Shown here: piece by piece, positions 48,476 through 61,109 of the stretch | Layout: each line of letters opens with the position of its first letter | Position numbering within the stretch: the stretch's first letter is position 1 | From: Sminthopsis crassicaudata | Taxonomy: Eukaryota | DNA: 64,000 bases | Assembly: GCF_048593235.1 (NCBI RefSeq) | Contig: NC_133619.1 | Location: 459,509,644 to 459,573,643 of the forward strand | Direction of reading: 5' to 3' | Program-made: the position numbers and the translations under genes | Notes under the pieces: model-generated | The model's input: only the letters and a program-made list of their open reading frames with translations | Database searches by the model: none | What the model was told of the DNA's origin: nothing

Positions 48476-49949
48476 TTGAAAGGCAGCATGATATCCTCAG
48501 TCAGTAGCACATGATTCCAAGTCCCAAAACTGCAACTTACCGGCTGTGTGTCTCTGAACAAATTATTTAAATCACTCACTCCCCCATTCAGCTTTCTTAA
48601 GATTCTAAGTGGCAGCATAGGTGCCAACCAACATTGGTATAGGGTTTTTCCTTATCAGAAATATTTTATAACAAGAAAATCCCATGTCTGATAAAATAAA
48701 GAGGCATTCATTTCACATGAAAAGAGATAATAAGAGGTGCTCTGCAGCTTTAAAATGTTATACAAAAATAAATTATCAGTAATAAATCAACCTAGAATCC
48801 ATTACAATGCCAAACTAAATACTGAATCACACCTCAGCAAAACTAAGAAAATTGAAATAGACTATCTTAATTATGAAATGTAAGATATGTCATCTCAAAC
48901 ATGATATTATATGGAAAGATCTGTAACACTATAAATACAAATTAGTGTTTGTGCTAATATATCAATTAAATCAAGCAAATAAATTATGTAAGTTGTGAAA
49001 GATAAACTATTTTCAAAATTATTCTTGAGGGCAAATATAGTGTAATATTTGAGTCCTTTTCTCTTAATAATCTTAATAGTATGCAAATGAAAACTGAAAA
49101 TCTGGTCACTCTAAAAATATAGAAATTTATTGTCAATGACTTGATTTAAGCTATATTTAGATTAGCATAATAAGACTATTCATTGTTTTTAAACTATGCC
49201 ATGTTTTCAATTGACATCAGAAGTGTGTATTGTAGACAGCCATTGTAACGTTATGATTTTTTCATCTAGATTTTATTTTGGTTATTACTGTTAAATATAT
49301 ACATTTTTCCTGATTACCACATCTTCTAAACTATTCATTAGAGATGGTGACATACTGACAAATGGTGATAGTAATAGACAATTTGCAAAAAAAAACTTGC
49401 ATACAATTTGCTTCTGAGGTTGTAACCTAGATTTATCTGGGATATCTACATAGTCAGGTAAGACAACTCCTTCCATGATCATGAACCAGGACCAAGAAAA
49501 CATCAGGAGCTTAAACAACAGGAGAATTAAATAGGAAAACTACTTATTCAAGAAGCAAAAATGCTCATCAGATAAGGAGTACAAGAAGGCAAGTTGGCCA
49601 GATGGTCTTCAGTATATGAATCACTTACTTCATGATAATCAAGTGGTCTCTCAGAAAGGCACATTGATTCTTTCAGTCATTCTTTCCTATTCATTTAGTA
49701 CATTAATTATGCATTAAATGCTTTCCTAGTGGCCTGCAAGATATAAGGCACCTCCCTCTGGATCTAATTTGCTACTGAGAATAATGTGGTTTAGTTATAA
49801 TTTTTTATTCTTTAGGATCCCTCCTGAGTCCAATGCCAATGGAACATTCCTCTGCTGGCCCAGCTGGGCTTGGCCATTGATGCTCTCTAATGAATAGGGT
49901 GAGGCATCATTAATTTCAAAGCTTATCATGGAGTCTAGAATTTATTTAA

Positions 49950-50480
49950 AGTATACTTTGTCTTGGTCTGAACACCTCTGTGATTTTATGTCCAATTTTG
50001 AATGCTACATTTTAAGAAAAACATTGATAGCTATGAGAGTTCCTGGAAGATTGCAAGCAGGATGGCATAGGGCTTCAAATTCATGCCATATGAGAACAGG
50101 CTAAAAGAATTGAGAATATTTGGCCCAGAGGAAACTTAGAAAAATTCAAGTCTTGTTTTCAAATACTTGGAAGTCTGAAATATGAAAGTGAAGTTTATTA
50201 TGCCTGACCCCAAAGGACAGAATTAGAAGCAAACTTAGATTTGACATAAGGAAAATCTTTCTACAAATCACAACTATTTGAATGTTAAATGAGCATCTCT
50301 GAAAATTTTGAAAATCTTTGAAAATTGTGGGATCCCTCTCACCTGAAATCTTTAAGCAAAGGTTGGATGATCTCCTGAGTCAGGTATGCTCTAGATTAAA
50401 ACCTGTGCCAGATAAATGTTGAACTAAAAGGAAATCCCTTCTTTTAATTCTGAAATCCTTTTGATTCTATGATTTTTTTT
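49950..50480 (+). mobile_element. L3/CR1 3' end
   Basis: catgccatatgagaacaggctaaaagaattgag...ttagatttgacataaggaaaatctttc...aagcaaaggttggatga. Confidence 0.75.
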
Positions 50481-50891
50481 TGCCAGAAAATCAACCCACA
50501 GAAGAGAGGAAGAGAGTATTGGATGTGTTAAGATGGTGGTTGATTAGAAATATTCAGCCTTTTGCCAGAAAATCAGGCTCTAACCACTTATGGAAGTCAT
50601 AAGTGAAAGGTGCAGAGAGTCTTAACTAGTAGCATTCACCAAATAACTAGACAAAAGTCCAGGAGATAAGAACTTGGCAAGACTGGATGGGTTGTGAGGA
50701 ATTTGCAAATGTCCAAAAGATACTTTGCTCACAGTTCACCATCTCCCACCATCTGCTTTGCAAAACTAGCTCAGGCACAGAGTTCGCCTTATAATTAGCA
50801 TCAACTGATACTGGCAAATCCTAAATGAAAAGTCAAATTGGTTTACAATGAAGCAACTGAATACAAGAGAGAGGGCATCTGGAACTGTACT

Positions 50892-50893
<2 letters not shown>

Positions 50894-50953
<60 letters not shown>

Positions 50954-50961
50954 TGTGTGTG
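50894..50961. repeat. (TG)n microsatellite
   Basis: Seen directly, one interruption. Confidence 0.97.
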
Positions 50962-51289
50962 TAAACTCACATACATTATCTGCCTTTATTGATTAACTAT
51001 GCATACCTTCCTTGATATATTTGGTGGGAAACTTGAAAAAATTCTTCAGATTGTTTTTATAATGTTTAAAAGTCAGGGAAAAAAACAAAAAACAACAACA
51101 AAAATTCCTGTTAAGAAACAACTTATATCAATAGAAACCAAAGCTATAAATTCCTATACTTATAAAAGTATAATCTTAGTAAGCCAAAAATGTTCTTTCA
51201 TTTGTATTCTCTAACATGTATATATCATCAGTCTAAACTTATCTATTCTTCCTTTGACATTGACATTTTTTTTTTATCCATAATTTCTT

Positions 51290-51680
51290 ATTTCCATTGC
51301 CAACTCACTAGAACATCTCATCTGTCAGGTCTGTATTTCTACAACAACCTATTTCATGGCCCTTTTGCTTACTATTTCTTTCCTATCACTCTAATTTGTC
51401 ATATTTGTAGCTTCCAGAGTCAAACTATTCATTCTTGAGAGCAAAACAAAACCAAAAAACCAAGAAAACCTTTTACAGTATTAAATTTCTGCTCACAATC
51501 TACAATGTTCTCCTAAGTCCAAATTTCTCTGCTTGACTTTCAAGGCCCTCTTTAGAATGACCTCATCTTACCAATTTAACCATATTTCCTAATACTCTTT
51601 AACTCTTAATTTTTTGTTCCACTTAAACTGGATTCCCCATCACTCCTTGATTTTTCTATGCTCATTCCTGTTTTCATGTT
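51290..51680 (+). mobile_element. L2 3' region
   Basis: ctcctaagtccaaatttctctgcttgactttcaaggccctc. Confidence 0.55.
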
Positions 51681-51689
51681 TTATATCTT

Positions 51690-52015
51690 TTTTCATCTTT
51701 TATTTTTCAAGATTTTATTTTATAAGATTTTATTTCCAATTTTTTTTTTCTCTCTTACTCTCTCCCTCTCTCTTCCCAAGATGGAAAGTAATCTGATATA
51801 GGTTATACATGTACCATCATATAGTATACATATTTCCACATTTGTCATGCTATGAAATAAGAATCAGAATAAAGGGGAGAACATACAAGGAAAAAAAGTG
51901 AAAATAGTGTGCTTTGATCTGCATTCAGACTCCATATTTTTCCCTAGATATGAATAGCATTTTCTATCATGGGTATTTTGAAATTGTTGTAGATCATTGT
52001 ATTTCTGAGAAAAGT
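51690..52015 (-). mobile_element. L1 3' UTR fragment
   Basis: ttcccaagatggaaagtaatctgatataggttatacatg...ctttgatctgcattcagactcc. Confidence 0.75.
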
Positions 52016-52197
52016 CTTATCAAATAAAAAGATGCATGTAATTGAAATAGCATTGTCATTATTGTACTGTAAGAAATGATCAGTAGGATGATTTCATAAA
52101 GGCCTAGAGAGACTTACATGACCTGATGCTAAATGAAGTGAGAAAAACCAAGAGAACATTGTATATAGTGGCAACAAGATTTTGTGGTGATCAACTC

Positions 52198-52752
52198 GTT
52201 TTTTATATATTTTTAATTTTATAATTATAACTTTTTTTGACAGTACATATACATGGGTAATTTTTTACAACATTATCCCTTGTACTCACTTCTGTTCCAA
52301 TTTTTCTGTTTCTTCCCTCCACCCCTTCCCCTAGATGGCAGGCAGTCTTATACATGTTAGATATATTATAGTATATCCTAGATACAGTATATGTGTGCAG
52401 AACCGAATTTCTTGTTGCACAGGAAAAATTGGATTCAGAAGGTAAAAATAACCTGGGAAGGAAAACAAAAATGCAAACAGTTTATACTCATTTCTCAGTG
52501 TTCCTTCTCTGGGTGTAGCTGATTCTGTCCATCATTGATCAATTGGAACTGAATTAGATCTTCTCTTTGTCCAAGATATCCACTTCCATCAGAATACATC
52601 CTCATACAGTATTGTTGTTGAAGTGTATAATGATCTCCTGGTTCTGCTCATTTCACTCAGCATCAGTTCATGTAAGTCTCTCCAAGTCTCTCTGTATTCA
52701 TCCTGCTGGCCATTTCTTACAAAACAATAATATTCCATAACATTGATAAATA
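52198..52752 (-). mobile_element. Young 5'-truncated L1 with 13-bp TSD
   Basis: Exact TSD tggtgatcaactc at 52185-52197 and 52753-52765. Confidence 0.92.
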
Positions 52753-53032
52753 TGGTGATCAACTCTGATGGACCTGGTTCTTTTCAACAATGAGGTGATT
52801 CAGGCCAATTCCAATGGACTTGCGATGGAGAGAGCTTTATGCATCCAGACAGAGAACTATAGGACTAAATGTGAATCACAACATAGTAGTGTTACCTTTA
52901 TTGTTTTTGTTTGCTTCCTTGATTTTTCTTTCTCATTTTTTCCCTTTATGATCTGATTTTTCTTGTGCAGCATGATAGTTGTGGAAATATATATGGAAGA
53001 ATTGCACATATTTAACATATATTGGATTTCTT

Positions 53033-53689
53033 TTTTTTTATTATAGTTTTTTTTTATTTACAAGATATATGCATAGGTAATTTTTCAATATTGACAATTG
53101 CAAAACCTTTTATTCCAACTTTTCCCCTCCTTCCCCTCACCCCTTCCCCCAGATGTCAGGTTGCCAATACATGTTAAATGCTAAAGTATAAGTTAAATAC
53201 AATATATGTATACATGTCCAAACAGTTATTTTGCTATACAAAAAGAATCAGACTTTGAAATAGTATACAATTAGCCTATGAAGGAAATAAAAAATGCAAG
53301 CGGACAAAAATAGAGGGATTGAGAATTCTATGTAGTGGTTCATAGTCATTTCCCAGAGTTCTTTCTCTGGGTGTAGCTGGTTCAGTTCATGACTGCTCTA
53401 TTGGAACTTATTTGGTTCATCTCATTGTTGAAGATGGCCATGTTCATCAAAATTGATCACCATATAGTATTGTTATTGAAATATACAACGATCTCCTGGT
53501 CCTGCTCATTTCACTCAGCATCAGTTCATGTAAGTCTCTCCAGGCCTTTCTGAAATCATCCTGCTCGTCATTTCTTACAGAACAATAATATTCCATAACC
53601 TTCATATACCACAATTTATTCAGCTATTCTCCAATTGATGGACATCCACTCAGTTTCCAGATTCTGGCCACTACAAAGAGGGCTGCCAC
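53033..53689 (-). mobile_element. 5'-truncated L1 with up to 19-bp TSD
   Basis: aacatatattggatttctt (53014-53032) / aacatatgttggatttctt (53690-53708), one mismatch. Confidence 0.9.
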
Positions 53690-53834
53690 AACATATGTTG
53701 GATTTCTTGCTGTCTAGCAGAGTAAAGGGGAGGGAGAAAAACTTGGAATACAGGGTTTTAAGCAAGGGTGAATGTTGAAAACTATCTTTGCATGTATTTT
53801 GAAAATAAAAAAGCTATTATTTAAAAAAAGAAAC

Positions 53835-54250
53835 ATCATTAGCTTATAAGAAATAATACATATGAATAATTCAGAAAAACAGGGTAAGATTTATATGAAC
53901 TAATGCTGAATGAAGAAAGCAGATCAAGGAAAACTATATACAACTGTAATAATGAATATACAATGAACACTGACATGAAATGAGTGTTATATAATTACAA
54001 AGACCAATTTTGTGCTTAGAGAAGAAGAAATATATCTAACCCCTCTTCTCCTCTTTTTATGATGACAGGAAAGACTCTAACTTTAGAATACTGAATATAA
54101 TATATACATTTGCTGTATTAGCTGGTTTTACCTACTTGTTTTCTTGCTTGTTTGTCTTTGTTGTAAGAGCAGGCTTACTATGTATATTGAATATGGCATA
54201 TTCAGAAAGGATTTTGATATAATAATAAAAATCACAATAAAAGTTATTTT
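53835..54250 (+). mobile_element. Older L1 3' fragment
   Basis: gatttatatgaactaatgctgaatgaagaaagcagatcaagga...caaagaccaattttg. Confidence 0.65.
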
Positions 54251-54479
54251 AAATTTAACCCCCCACACAAAAGACCAGCCTTAGAGTTAAAAAAAATTCA
54301 GAATCATATTCTGGTTTGATAGTAATTATATGCCTGTAAGAAAATTTAATCTTTCTGAGTTTCAGTTATTTTCTCTGTGAAATGGGAATAAAACACATAT
54401 GCTTAACTTGGTTATTATGTAAATATAAGTTTTTATTATGATAAAATATAATTTTCCTCATATATTTCATGTACTTGTT

Positions 54480-54960
54480 TTAGTTTTCTACTTATTGCAT
54501 AATTCTGTATCCATCACAAGCTCTAATCATAGTTCTGAGCACATGGTAAAGCTTCAACAAATACTTGATTGTTTAAATTTAATTTTTTAATTGAAAAAAG
54601 CACCTGCCACAGTCAAAGCATTATATTAGATCTTAGAGGAAAAACAAAATTTCTATAAAAAAAAAGTTTCTGCCTTCATAGAACTATACATTAATTGAGG
54701 AGTTTATAGTCTAGTAGACACAAGGAGACTTATACAGGTGAGTAGAATACAAAATAATTCATGACAAGTGAATTAGAAAGGTAGAAAAAAAGATGTTTAT
54801 TGAGACACAGTTGGAACTATTGATGACAGCTATTTTGGAATTAAAATTGGAACAGTATTTTTTTACTCCAGTATTCCAAAATGTAAAGAACATTGAAAGA
54901 ATATATGCTTAGTCTTGAACAAAGAAACAATTAAGTAACTAGTTAAGATCAGAATGAAAA
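54480..54960. mobile_element. L2 fragments
   Basis: gcacatggtaaagcttcaacaaatacttgattg and tctgccttcatagaactatac motifs. Confidence 0.5.
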
Positions 54961-57524
54961 CAATATAATGTGCTTCCTCTTTTGTCCTGGCTTCATCCAA
55001 GGTACACTTCTCTGTGAATTTTGCTCCCTCTCTCTTCCTTTATTAACCATACCTCTCTTCTAACTCTAAAAAAAAAAACAAAAAACAAACAAACAAAACA
55101 AAAACTTTTCCAGAAGTAGCTTCCTAGTATCCTGGAAGCCTCTTTCATCTTGTCACAGTGGGTATTATATAGTTTCTCTTAACCCTTATTCAATTACCCT
55201 AATTTCTAATTATGCTTTTGACTGTTTTTTTTTTTTATAGCCATAAAAGAGAATTTTCTAAAACTATCTCTGACAAAAAGAATTTAGTGGGGAACATAGG
55301 TGATACAAGAATAACATTATCAATAAAATTATTTTAAAATGAGTAGGAATTTATTTATTTCCCTCTATGTCTTGGAGCCAATGGAGCATGGCAACAGGAC
55401 TAATCACCAAGGCTCTCATGTCTATGTTTCCTTCTCAAAGGAGATATATTGAGTGATAAAGTAATTTTCATGTTATTCTGTAATCAGTATTAGGTCTACT
55501 CTCAATCAATCAATAAATGTTTATTAAGTGATCACAATGTGCTAAGCACTTTGCTAAGTACTGGATCAAAGGAACTGGTAAAACTGAAATATATTTGGCC
55601 ATTCTTCCCTGGCAGGAATGGTAATATACTGTATGATGGAAATAGTGCCAAATTAGGGAGTCCTCAGACCTGATATTTCACTGAGACACTGAACAACTTT
55701 TTTTTTTTAACCACATTGAGACTCAGTTTCCTCATTTTTAAAGTGAAAGTATTGGACAAAATGACCACTAAGATTCTTACTGACTCTAGTCTGTGATTAT
55801 ATAATTTCTTTTCATCCAGTAGAAAGCTAGAAGAAAAGAATAGAATCAGGATGTTTTTCTCCTTTGTACAGACAAGCCAGGATACATTTCTAGTGCCTTC
55901 CCAAATGCAAAGAGTAAAATCAGACTTTGATTTCCTAAGCATTACTCTAATAGCCAAATCATGGTTCTCTTTCAGAATAACCTGACTTCATGCTTCTTGT
56001 AAAGAATATAATTGCAGTGGAGACACATTAAAAAGGGGAAAGAAATAGTTGTCATTTCACTGAAGCTTGTAAAACAGGTGGGAAGACTGTGATAACTATG
56101 TAATCCACCTACTAATGTAGTACAAATAGGAACTTTCACTTACTGTTCAAGACTATAAATAGAAGTTAGTGGTCACATTTCTATATGAATAAATGAATTA
56201 ATCAATCAATGACAAAACATACACTATAATCAAACGATTTTTCATGTTAAGATTAATTTAGTGTAATACAAGCCTAAATATTACATAAGCTCTTTTGACA
56301 TTGAATTATACTGTTTAAAGACAAAAACTGCATTTTGCAGTTAGAGAAAGGCAGACAGATAGAAACAAATGCTAGTAAATATTCCCCCTATTTTAGGTGA
56401 CTGCAAATAAAAAAATCATCGATGTTCAGAATTTAGTCTTCAAAAAATAAGGATCACAAATTTAAATCTGGAAGAAATTTTGAATGGCATCCAGTACACA
56501 CACAAACACACTCTCCCCGCCTACATTTTATAGGTGAAGAACTAAGGCCCAGAGAGTGTCATGGCTTGCCCAATATCACAAAAGTAATAAATGATAGTCA
56601 GAAATACACCCTAGATACTAGCACTCCAGATGCATCATTCTTTCCACTAAATTCGCATAACCCCAATAACCTCATTGTGGAAAAAACATACATGGAATGT
56701 GGGAATATCTTAGTGGCAAGCAGAGACAGCAGATAGAGAACAAGCCTTGTATTCACAACAGATCTGTGTACTAGTCCTAGATTCTACTTAGTAATTCCAT
56801 AATTCCAGCAAGTTGTTTTTCCTCTTATTGTTCCCAAACAAGTCTCTTTTAGACCAAAATAAAAGGTAAATTCCTAATTGTGTTGATTGACGGAATTTCC
56901 ACCCTGAGAATGATCTGTATAAATTAAATTCCAAGTCCATGTTAGGCAGACAAATTTTTAAGGCACCTTATTTCCAAGGCATTACTGCTAATCAAGTAAT
57001 CTATCTATCAATTTCAATCAATCAACAAATATTTACTGTGTAGCTAACTTTTGGCACAAGCTAGGTGCTAAAATCACAAGTACCAAGAACAAAACAATCT
57101 CGATTTCCCAGTATATTGAAAAGCCTTGTGAACTAGATATGATAATGATGGAATCAACTACTAAAAAGGAGTCCACAGATTTAAGCCAGTGTGTTATACC
57201 CACTTTTCAGTAGAAATTACCGAACCAGACTCTCCCATTATTCAACATGAAATATTTACAGTCAGGGAAGATTTCAGCACAAGTTGGGATGGTGCTATCC
57301 AGGAAAGGACTCTCTAAATTTGCATTTATGTTTAGTATTGATTTCCTTTAAAAAGAGTTGACATGGGCCATTACTAGTACCAGTACAGTTAATGTTCTAT
57401 CAGACAGGAATGATCACATCATGCCAGTTGAACATTCCTTGGCGCAACTGTTCTTAGGTATTAAAATATCTGTCACTTTCTGACTCTCAGAAGATTTTAA
57501 GGAGCTACAACAACAATAATGCAG

Positions 57525-57960
57525 AAAATGATCATAATAGCTAAAATTTATATCAGGGGTTCTCAAACTATGGCCCGCAGACCAAATGCAGCCACTGAGG
57601 ACGTTTATACAGACAGCCGGGTTATGGCAAATGGGCTGAGGGGCGGACACAGAGTGCGAGATTTTGTTTTTACTATAGTCCGGCCCTTGAACTGGCCCCC
57701 TGTTTAAAAAGTTTGAGGACCACTGATTTATATAGTGGCTAGTATGTTTCAGGCAGTGTGCTAAGTGCTTTACAATTGCCTGATTGGATCCTCATGACAA
57801 TCCTGGGAGGTAAGTACTATTATCTCCATTTTTACAAATGAGAAAAATGAGACAAATAGAATTTAAGAGATTTGTCAGAAGTTATACAGTTAAGTTCCTA
57901 ATGCTGGTTTTGAACTTGTCTTCCTGATTCCAGACCCAGTAGTCTATTTACTATAACTAA
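57525..57960 (-). mobile_element. MIR-type SINE hosting the OC1 insertion
   Basis: ataatagctaaaatttatat|...|atagtggc...caggcagtgtgctaagtgctttacaa...atttttacaaatgagaaa. Confidence 0.8.
57554..57725. mobile_element. Non-autonomous OC1 (OposCharlie1/hAT1-type) DNA transposon
   Basis: TIRs CAGGGGTTCTCAAACT / AGTTTGAGGACCACTG (14/16); exact 8-bp TSD atttatat (57546-57553, 57726-57733); 6 CpG in 172 bp. Family name from recall of the consensus. Confidence 0.85.
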
Positions 57961-59129
57961 TAACTTTCAAGTAATTTAATTACATACTTTAGTAAGAATG
58001 ACCTTGCTGTTTTAGACAATTTAACAAATGCTTCCAAATCTATCTTATACTGTGTACAGTTTTATTTCTTTTGATGGTAAAATGTCCTTATAATACTCCT
58101 TCACATAAACTCTAGAGTCCTAGATTTGGAAAATGTGACCTGTTCGAGAAGCAAAAAGGACAATCTTTCTTTGAGCTTCATTCCCCATCTGCATGTAGGG
58201 CAAAGAACAAGCAACTATTATTATTAAGTCTTTTGTTATTTGTGTGGAACCATATTTCTATACTTATAGTGAATAACAGAAAGCTTTTTCTAAGTTAATA
58301 TACACAAGTTACCCTTTTAAGACATATTTGTTTACAACCTAACAACAGTTTCCAAGGAAAAATTCAAATAACCACCATTTTCTTTCTACCTGGGAGCTTT
58401 TTTAATGGTACCTGGACTGAAATTCTTTATGATCTCTGACACCTTTCAATAAAGATGCTTCCAAATGACCATCAGAATATCAGCATGAAACCATTTCCAC
58501 TTTTGCAATAGCCTCACCTTGTAAGTACTGTGTAGAATTGCAGAATGCTATTACTAGAAGAGACCTCAAAAATATAAAATCCATTCATGTGATTTTATGG
58601 ATAAGGATACTGAGGTTCAGAAGGGATGTAGTAACTTGAGCAAAATTGGCAGAAGTTAGTAATAAACCTGAGGTTAAAATACATGCCAATAACAAAATTA
58701 GGCATGCCACCTGTAATTATAATATTTATATCAATGGGTAGCAGTATCTATGTTAATGTAAGAGATATACTATAAAACATATATGTGATCCAATTTTCTC
58801 TCATTATAACACCCATGGTATTGGATCAAATTCAAGGAACATCAAGATACTTTTATAATGGATTAATATTTATTCCTTATTATATACTTGTATAGGAGCA
58901 GCAAGGTGTACTGATGAGACTTAATCAGTTTTCAATATACTTGATGAAATTAAGACTGTCAGACTTTGAGTAGCTTATTTGGATCTTGTAAGACATTACA
59001 TTTTGAGTAGTCAATTTGATTATGAAAGTGTCAGCAGAGACATTAGTGGAGGAAATGGATTTTCCTCTATTTTTCCAGAGTTCCTTTACACATTCATTTT
59101 TCTAGGCAAATGAAAGAGTCTGAGGATTT

Positions 59130-59887
59130 TATAATGGAAAAAACTAACAGACCAGATGTGTTTGGCTAGTAAAGAAGAGGCCCAGTCTCAACTTTGAGAA
59201 AGATCCCAGATCTTGAGAACTTACTTGCAGCTCTCATAGAGCAAGATAGAGATTTGGATTCCTCTCCTACCCTCAATTCCATTAGCAATGGCATCATGCA
59301 GCAGAACACATTGCTGTGGGAGATTGTCCTTTACCTAGTCAGTAAGAGGAAAGAGAGCTTGACATCTTCTGTTGGGATACTGAAGCCTGATAGATGACAG
59401 GCCTCAGAGACTTTAAGCAAACAGCATTGGAGAAACGTCCTTTTAATCCTAAAGTTCCACCTCTCTGAAGAAACCTAAAAATGTTGAGCCAAAGATTTCA
59501 GTTAAACTAGAAACTAGAATCAATAAAGATTCATTCCAATCAAAGGGCTAATTTGCCCTAAAAAGAGCAGGCCTAAGAAGCCTTTCATTTAGGCAAAAAA
59601 CTTACCCTAGCAAGGACTGACTTCCGGACATTACAAGAGGATATCAGGATTCTGGACCAACAGAGGTGTAATTTGCTTCTCTTTATATGGGTATGCCTTG
59701 GCTATATATGTCTTCCTCTTTTCATAATCTCTATATGCATTTGTTCTTCCTGCCAATGTTGGGTGTTATTGTAAAAGAGTAGGTTGCAAGTTTTGAGGAG
59801 GGATGTTGTGTTTCTCATTGCCATTCAATAAATGCCTTTGTTGTGATCTAATTGTAACTTCTGGTTGTTTTCTGAAAGATAAACACA
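59130..59887 (+). mobile_element. Probable ERV LTR (5' boundary uncertain, 59130-59480)
   Basis: TATATAT 59703-59709, AATAAA 59827-59832, GT-rich downstream, ends ...aaacaca. Confidence 0.55.
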
Positions 59888-59984
59888 TTGATAGGGCATC
59901 ATAAGGTTTTGATTTAGAATGTGGACAACAAAGTAACTTGAGGGATAGTTATCTAGTATGGGAACTAATATGTAAGGGCTAGTT

Positions 59985-60200
59985 AAGAGGGGGGGGATTG
60001 TCCCCAAAGACTTATACCTGTATATTATGCATGTGTGTAGTTGAAGCAATGGACATCTATAACAAAGCCACAGGTAGATGATATAGTTTTGACAAGTCAA
60101 GTCCATTTGCTTTGAGTCAAGAGTATACTGACAAGTGATTCTATCTGGATCTCTGGGGAGGAAATATACAGACAAAATAGTTTTTTTAAGTTTCATTTGC
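59985..60200 (+). mobile_element. Polypurine tract followed by a TG-initiated LTR-like segment
   Basis: aagagggggggga (59985-59997), then T, then TG at 59999. Confidence 0.4.
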
Positions 60201-60601
60201 ATTATTAACATTTTTCCATATTAGTTTTTAAAGTCTAGATCACCAACAAAACAATAAAGCAAGCCCTGATTTGCTAAATGCTCACATGAAATTTTAACAA
60301 TCGCTCAGGATTAAGAAATAGAGCAAACATATTTTAATAAAAAGGACCAATATGACTTTCCTTCTTTACTTCAAACTTTTCATGATATGCAGAATTTAAC
60401 ATTTTCATTTTCATTTTATTTTGTGTTAATAGATTATTAATAGATAAATAATTTCTGTTCCTGATCAATCTGAGTCTGTCAGGTGAAAAAAAAAACTGAT
60501 CTTTAAAAATTAGGATAGGATCCCATCTTTCCTTGGGCTTTAGTGTGATGATTGGGCTATTATTATTAGAAAAGATTTTTATATGTGCATGTGCATCTAA
60601 A

Positions 60602-60687
<86 letters not shown>

Positions 60688-60689
60688 TA
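60602..60689. repeat. (TG)7(TA)~33 compound microsatellite
   Basis: Seen directly. Confidence 0.97.
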
Positions 60690-60900
60690 GCTAGTAAGTG
60701 ATATAAGAATAAAGTGCTGAACTTGGAGTGATGATGACCTTAATTCATATCTTGCATCTAGACACTTACTACTTTTGTTACGATGGACAAGTCACTTAAA
60801 CTGTCATTCCATTCTGAGTAAAATGGAGATAATAGTAGCACCTGCCTCATACAGTTGTTATGCAATCAAATAGGAAAACATTCTTGAAACTTTTTGCAAA
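60690..60900 (+). mobile_element. MIR SINE
   Basis: gtgctgaacttggagtg...gacacttact...ggacaagtcacttaaac...aaatggagataatagtagcacc. Confidence 0.75.
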
Positions 60901-61109
60901 TCCTAAAGCTCTATATAAATAGTACATTTACACAAATGTATACATATATTCACATAATATGTATGTATGAATATATTTTTGCATATAAATGTGTGTATAT
61001 ATACAAATACAGATATTTAGAAATTAGAGTTAGGTGCATATATACTGCTATTGAGGAAGTTGAGGAAGTAATAAGAGGAGCTCTAGTTTTAACCTTAATC
61101 CTGACCTTT

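Larger units (their letters stand above)
52040..53830 (+). mobile_element. Host L1 3' end split into three pieces by two antisense L1 insertions
   Basis: Pieces 52040-52197, 52753-53032 and 53690-53830 read as one continuous L1 3' end (compare 47200-47714). Confidence 0.88.

Noticed and set aside
49342-49457. Possible exon ending at CAG|GTAAGA
   Set aside because: 116 nt with stops in all frames and a weak acceptor.
59231-59341. 111-nt symmetric phase-1 open exon candidate (AG at 59229-59230, GTAAGA at 59342)
   Set aside because: Acceptor lacks a pyrimidine tract, the peptide is not recognised and it lies in LTR-like sequence. Its resemblance to a gp41 heptad (GIMQQNTLL) is too short to mean anything.
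59130-60210. TRIM-like mini-provirus (LTR-PBS-PPT-LTR)
   Set aside because: The two LTR-like segments share no extended similarity and no tRNA-complementary PBS follows 59887.
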